A stretch of 64,000 bases of DNA from Akkermansiaceae bacterium (GTDB lineage Bacteria > Verrucomicrobiota > Verrucomicrobiia > Verrucomicrobiales > Akkermansiaceae). The stretch spans positions 64,001-128,000 of the forward strand of contig JBPOGF010000007.1 of NCBI GenBank assembly GCA_051251915.1, written 5' to 3'. This document shows, in pieces, positions 61,478-64,000 of the stretch (positions are counted from its first letter, which is position 1; each line of letters starts with the position of its first letter). The position numbers were made by a program, and so were the translations under genes. The notes beneath the pieces were generated by a model that was given only the letters and a program-made list of their open reading frames with translations, made no database searches and was not told the origin of the DNA.

Positions 61478-62278
61478 ATGAAAAAACTTACCTCCAGACT
61501 TACTTCGAATCGATTTGCATTGCTAATTTTATGTGTGGCTTGCTTGTTTGTTTTTGTAGGATCTACGGTGACAGGAGTGGCGAGGGTTATTGATACTACG
61601 AATCCGTCCCAGTTGTCTGAGAAGGATTATGCAAATGGAGCAAAACGGGCAGCTGATGCGGCTAAGCGGGTAGTTCCGAGGTTGGAGCAGGAGATGTATA
61701 AAACTGGGGTCGCTGTTGGGAATCCGGTTTTTATCAGGGTGATCAAGGAGACGCGCGAGCTTGAGGTGTGGTTGCTGAATAGGAAGACGAAGAGGTATCA
61801 GGAGTTTAAGAGGTATAGGATCATGGCGATGTCTGGAGGGTTAGGGCCTAAGGTTTATGAGGGGGATATGCAGGCGGTGGAGGGATTTTATAGTTTTGGT
61901 CGTGGGGCGTTGAATCCTCAGAGTCGGTTTCATTTGTCGTTTAATTTGGGATATCCGAATCGGTATGATAGGGCTCATGGGCGGACTGGTCATTCGTTGA
62001 TGGTGCATGGGAATCAGGTTTCAGCTGGGTGCTTGGCGATGACGGATTATTATGTGGAGGAGATATACACGTTGTGTGCGGCGGCGCTGAGTAATGGTCA
62101 GGTGGCGGTTCCGGTGCATTGTTTTCCGTTTCGGATGACTGATGCGAATATGAAGGCGATGAAGGATAGTCAGTGGTATGGTTTTTGGCAGAATTTGAAG
62201 GTTGGGTATGATGCGTTTGAGAAGGGGAAGGTGCCACCGCGGATTAGTGTGAGCGGTGGTAGATATGTGGTTAAATAA
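61478..62278 (+). CDS. L,D-transpeptidase family protein (YafK/DpaA-like)
   Basis: VFIRVIKE, GPK..EGD, LGYPN, MVHG..VSAGC, FPFRMT, FWQNLK. Confidence 0.88.
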   Translation: MKKLTSRLTSNRFALLILCVACLFVFVGSTVTGVARVIDTTNPSQLSEKDYANGAKRAADAAKRVVPRLEQEMYKTGVAVGNPVFIRVIKETRELEVWLLNRKTKRYQEFKRYRIMAMSGGLGPKVYEGDMQAVEGFYSFGRGALNPQSRFHLSFNLGYPNRYDRAHGRTGHSLMVHGNQVSAGCLAMTDYYVEEIYTLCAAALSNGQVAVPVHCFPFRMTDANMKAMKDSQWYGFWQNLKVGYDAFEKGKVPPRISVSGGRYVVK

Positions 62279-62344
62279 TTATTTCGACTTTGGGGGGAGA
62301 TGCTGGGCTTGTTAAGAACTCATGATGACAGCCTTGTGGTGAAG

Positions 62345-62361
62345 TTGGCATTGCATGTGCT
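62345..62361 (+). promoter_or_regulatory. Candidate sigma-54 promoter upstream of the transglutaminase gene
   Basis: TTGGCATTGCATGTGCT: GG-N10-GC. Confidence 0.55.
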
Positions 62362-62467
62362 AGTATTATGAGTAGTATGATGACTTGTTAATTAACGAAG
62401 CATACGGAGTACATCCGAGAGGGGTGTTATCTGTATTCTACTAACGAAGTTACCTACCTCAAAACCT

Positions 62468-64000
62468 ATGGCAATACGTATAGCGCTACATCATAAAACA
62501 CATTACTCCTACGATCGACTAGCTACATTAGGACCGCAAGTTGTTCGATTACGACCTGCACCACATTGTCGCACGCCGATAGTAAGCTACTCATTGAAGG
62601 TTGTTCCTGAAGACCATTTTTTAAATTGGCAGCAGGATCCTCAGAGTAATTATTTAGCGCGTTTGGTGATTAATCAACCGACTAGGGAGTTTGGAGTTGA
62701 GGTGGATCTGGTAGTGGATCTTGCGCCGATTAACCCTTTTGACTTTTTCTTGGATGAGTATGCTGAAGAGTTTCCATTTGAGTATAATCCGGCATTGAAG
62801 CGAGATTTACGTCCTTTCTTTGAGAGTGAGCCGATGGAGGAGCTTTTCAAGGAGTTTTATGAATCTGTTGACCGTACGAAGGTGCGTTCTATTGATTTCA
62901 TTGGGATGGTGAATCAAATGGTGAATGCTAAGCTTAGCTATGGATTGAGGATGGATCCGGGTATTTATACGCCGGAGGAGACGTTAGAATTAGGGAAGGG
63001 TAGTTGCCGTGATTTTGCGTGGTTGTTGGTGAATTTGTATCGTCATTTAGGTTTAGCTGCGCGGTTTGTTTCTGGTTATTCTATTCAACTGGTACCTGAT
63101 GAAAAGCCTATCGAAGAGTCTGCGGCTGCAGGTGTGACCGAGGATGTGTGTGATTTACATGCATGGTGTGAGGTGTATTTACCTGGTGCAGGCTGGGTGG
63201 GTGTGGATCCGACTAGTGGTTTATTCTGTGGGGAGGGTCATATTCCGTTGGCCACTTCTGCGGATGCTAGTGGTGCGGCTCCAATTGAGGGTGGCATTAC
63301 TGAGTGTGAGGCGGAGTTTGGGTATGAGATGTCTGTGACACGGATTCATGAGGATCCTAGGGTGACTAAGCCATATACTGAAGGTCAGTGGCAGGCTATA
63401 TTGGCACTGGGGGATAGGATAGATAAGAGGCTGCAGGATGCTGATGTTCGTTTAAGTATGGGCGGTGAGCCGACGTTTGTTTCTTTATTTGATCAGGATG
63501 GAGATGAGTGGACTACGGAGGCTGTGGGGCCAACTAAGAAGATACTTTCTGATAAGTTGATACGCAAGTTGCGCAAGAATTTTGGACCTAACGGGTTGTT
63601 GCATTATGGACAGGGTAAATGGTATCCGGGTGAGGCGCTTCCTCGCTGGGAGATAGGACTTTACTGGAGACGAGATGGAACGGCAATATGGCAGGATGAT
63701 AAGTGGATAGGTGATGAAGAGGAAGATTATGGATTTACGCATGATGATGCACTTAGATTTACTGAGGAACTGACTCGCCAACTCGATGTTGATAAGCATT
63801 ATATTAATCCTGCTTTTGAGGATCCGGTTCGCTATTCATTGCGTGAGCGTGAGCTGCCAGTGAATGTGGATCCACTTAATAGCAAGTTAGACGATCCTCG
63901 TGAGCGTGATGAATTGCTGAAAGTTTTTGAGCGCGGTTTGAATGTTCCAGTTGGGTATGTATTGCCTTTGGAGCGGACTAAAGGATCTGCGAAAGAGTGG
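62468..64000 (+). CDS. Large transglutaminase-family protein (DUF2126-type), truncated by the window end; absent from the ORF track
   Basis: Read manually: MAIRIALHHKTHYSYDR...LRPAPHCRTP; GSCRDFAW, DLHAWCEVYLPGAGWVGVDPTSG; MGGEPTF; GQGKWYPGEALPRW. Confidence 0.92.
   Translation, partial: MAIRIALHHKTHYSYDRLATLGPQVVRLRPAPHCRTPIVSYSLKVVPEDHFLNWQQDPQSNYLARLVINQPTREFGVEVDLVVDLAPINPFDFFLDEYAEEFPFEYNPALKRDLRPFFESEPMEELFKEFYESVDRTKVRSIDFIGMVNQMVNAKLSYGLRMDPGIYTPEETLELGKGSCRDFAWLLVNLYRHLGLAARFVSGYSIQLVPDEKPIEESAAAGVTEDVCDLHAWCEVYLPGAGWVGVDPTSGLFCGEGHIPLATSADASGAAPIEGGITECEAEFGYEMSVTRIHEDPRVTKPYTEGQWQAILALGDRIDKRLQDADVRLSMGGEPTFVSLFDQDGDEWTTEAVGPTKKILSDKLIRKLRKNFGPNGLLHYGQGKWYPGEALPRWEIGLYWRRDGTAIWQDDKWIGDEEEDYGFTHDDALRFTEELTRQLDVDKHYINPAFEDPVRYSLRERELPVNVDPLNSKLDDPRERDELLKVFERGLNVPVGYVLPLERTKGSAKEW

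Noticed and set aside
63144..63799. ORF-track entries 63144-63338 and 63485-63799
   Set aside because: They lie within the transglutaminase reading frame that starts at 62468.

Overview
A 64-kb stretch of a bacterial chromosome, very likely Verrucomicrobiota (Rubritalea-like). The assignment rests on several VPEPSSxALLGLGGxALILRRRK PEP-CTERM tails, a dnaK-groES-groEL cluster, rnhC and a YlbF-like gene. Most of the window is housekeeping: adk-like kinase, fmt, trkH, lptF/G, fdhD, lpxD, tRNA-fMet, dus, rnhC, cysS, hemB, yggS, aminopeptidase P, chaperones, rlmH, lemA/htpX, hpt, mtnP and an L,D-transpeptidase. These genes show an extreme G+T bias on the + strand. The standout accessory locus lies downstream of tRNA-fMet at about 17.2-27.2 kb, inside a low-skew block with an ERIC/RPE-like miniature element on each side. 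It is a nine-gene co-directional cluster: an acidic surface-type lipoprotein with high-expression codon usage, a PEP-CTERM protein, a second lipoprotein, a VKOR-thioredoxin-DUF1573(Ig) fusion, a divergent TolC/MFP/ABC/permease exporter and a CPBP intramembrane protease. I propose it as a candidate undescribed surface-protein folding, export and processing system. Other notable signals are a VIT-vWA/dedicated exosortase operon preceded by four 11-bp-phased cre-tag boxes, sigma-54 promoters before dnaK and a transglutaminase gene, widespread leaderless gene architecture, a tandem divergent LysR pair, and several families of intergenic repeats. All product calls come from motif recognition by eye, not database searches.
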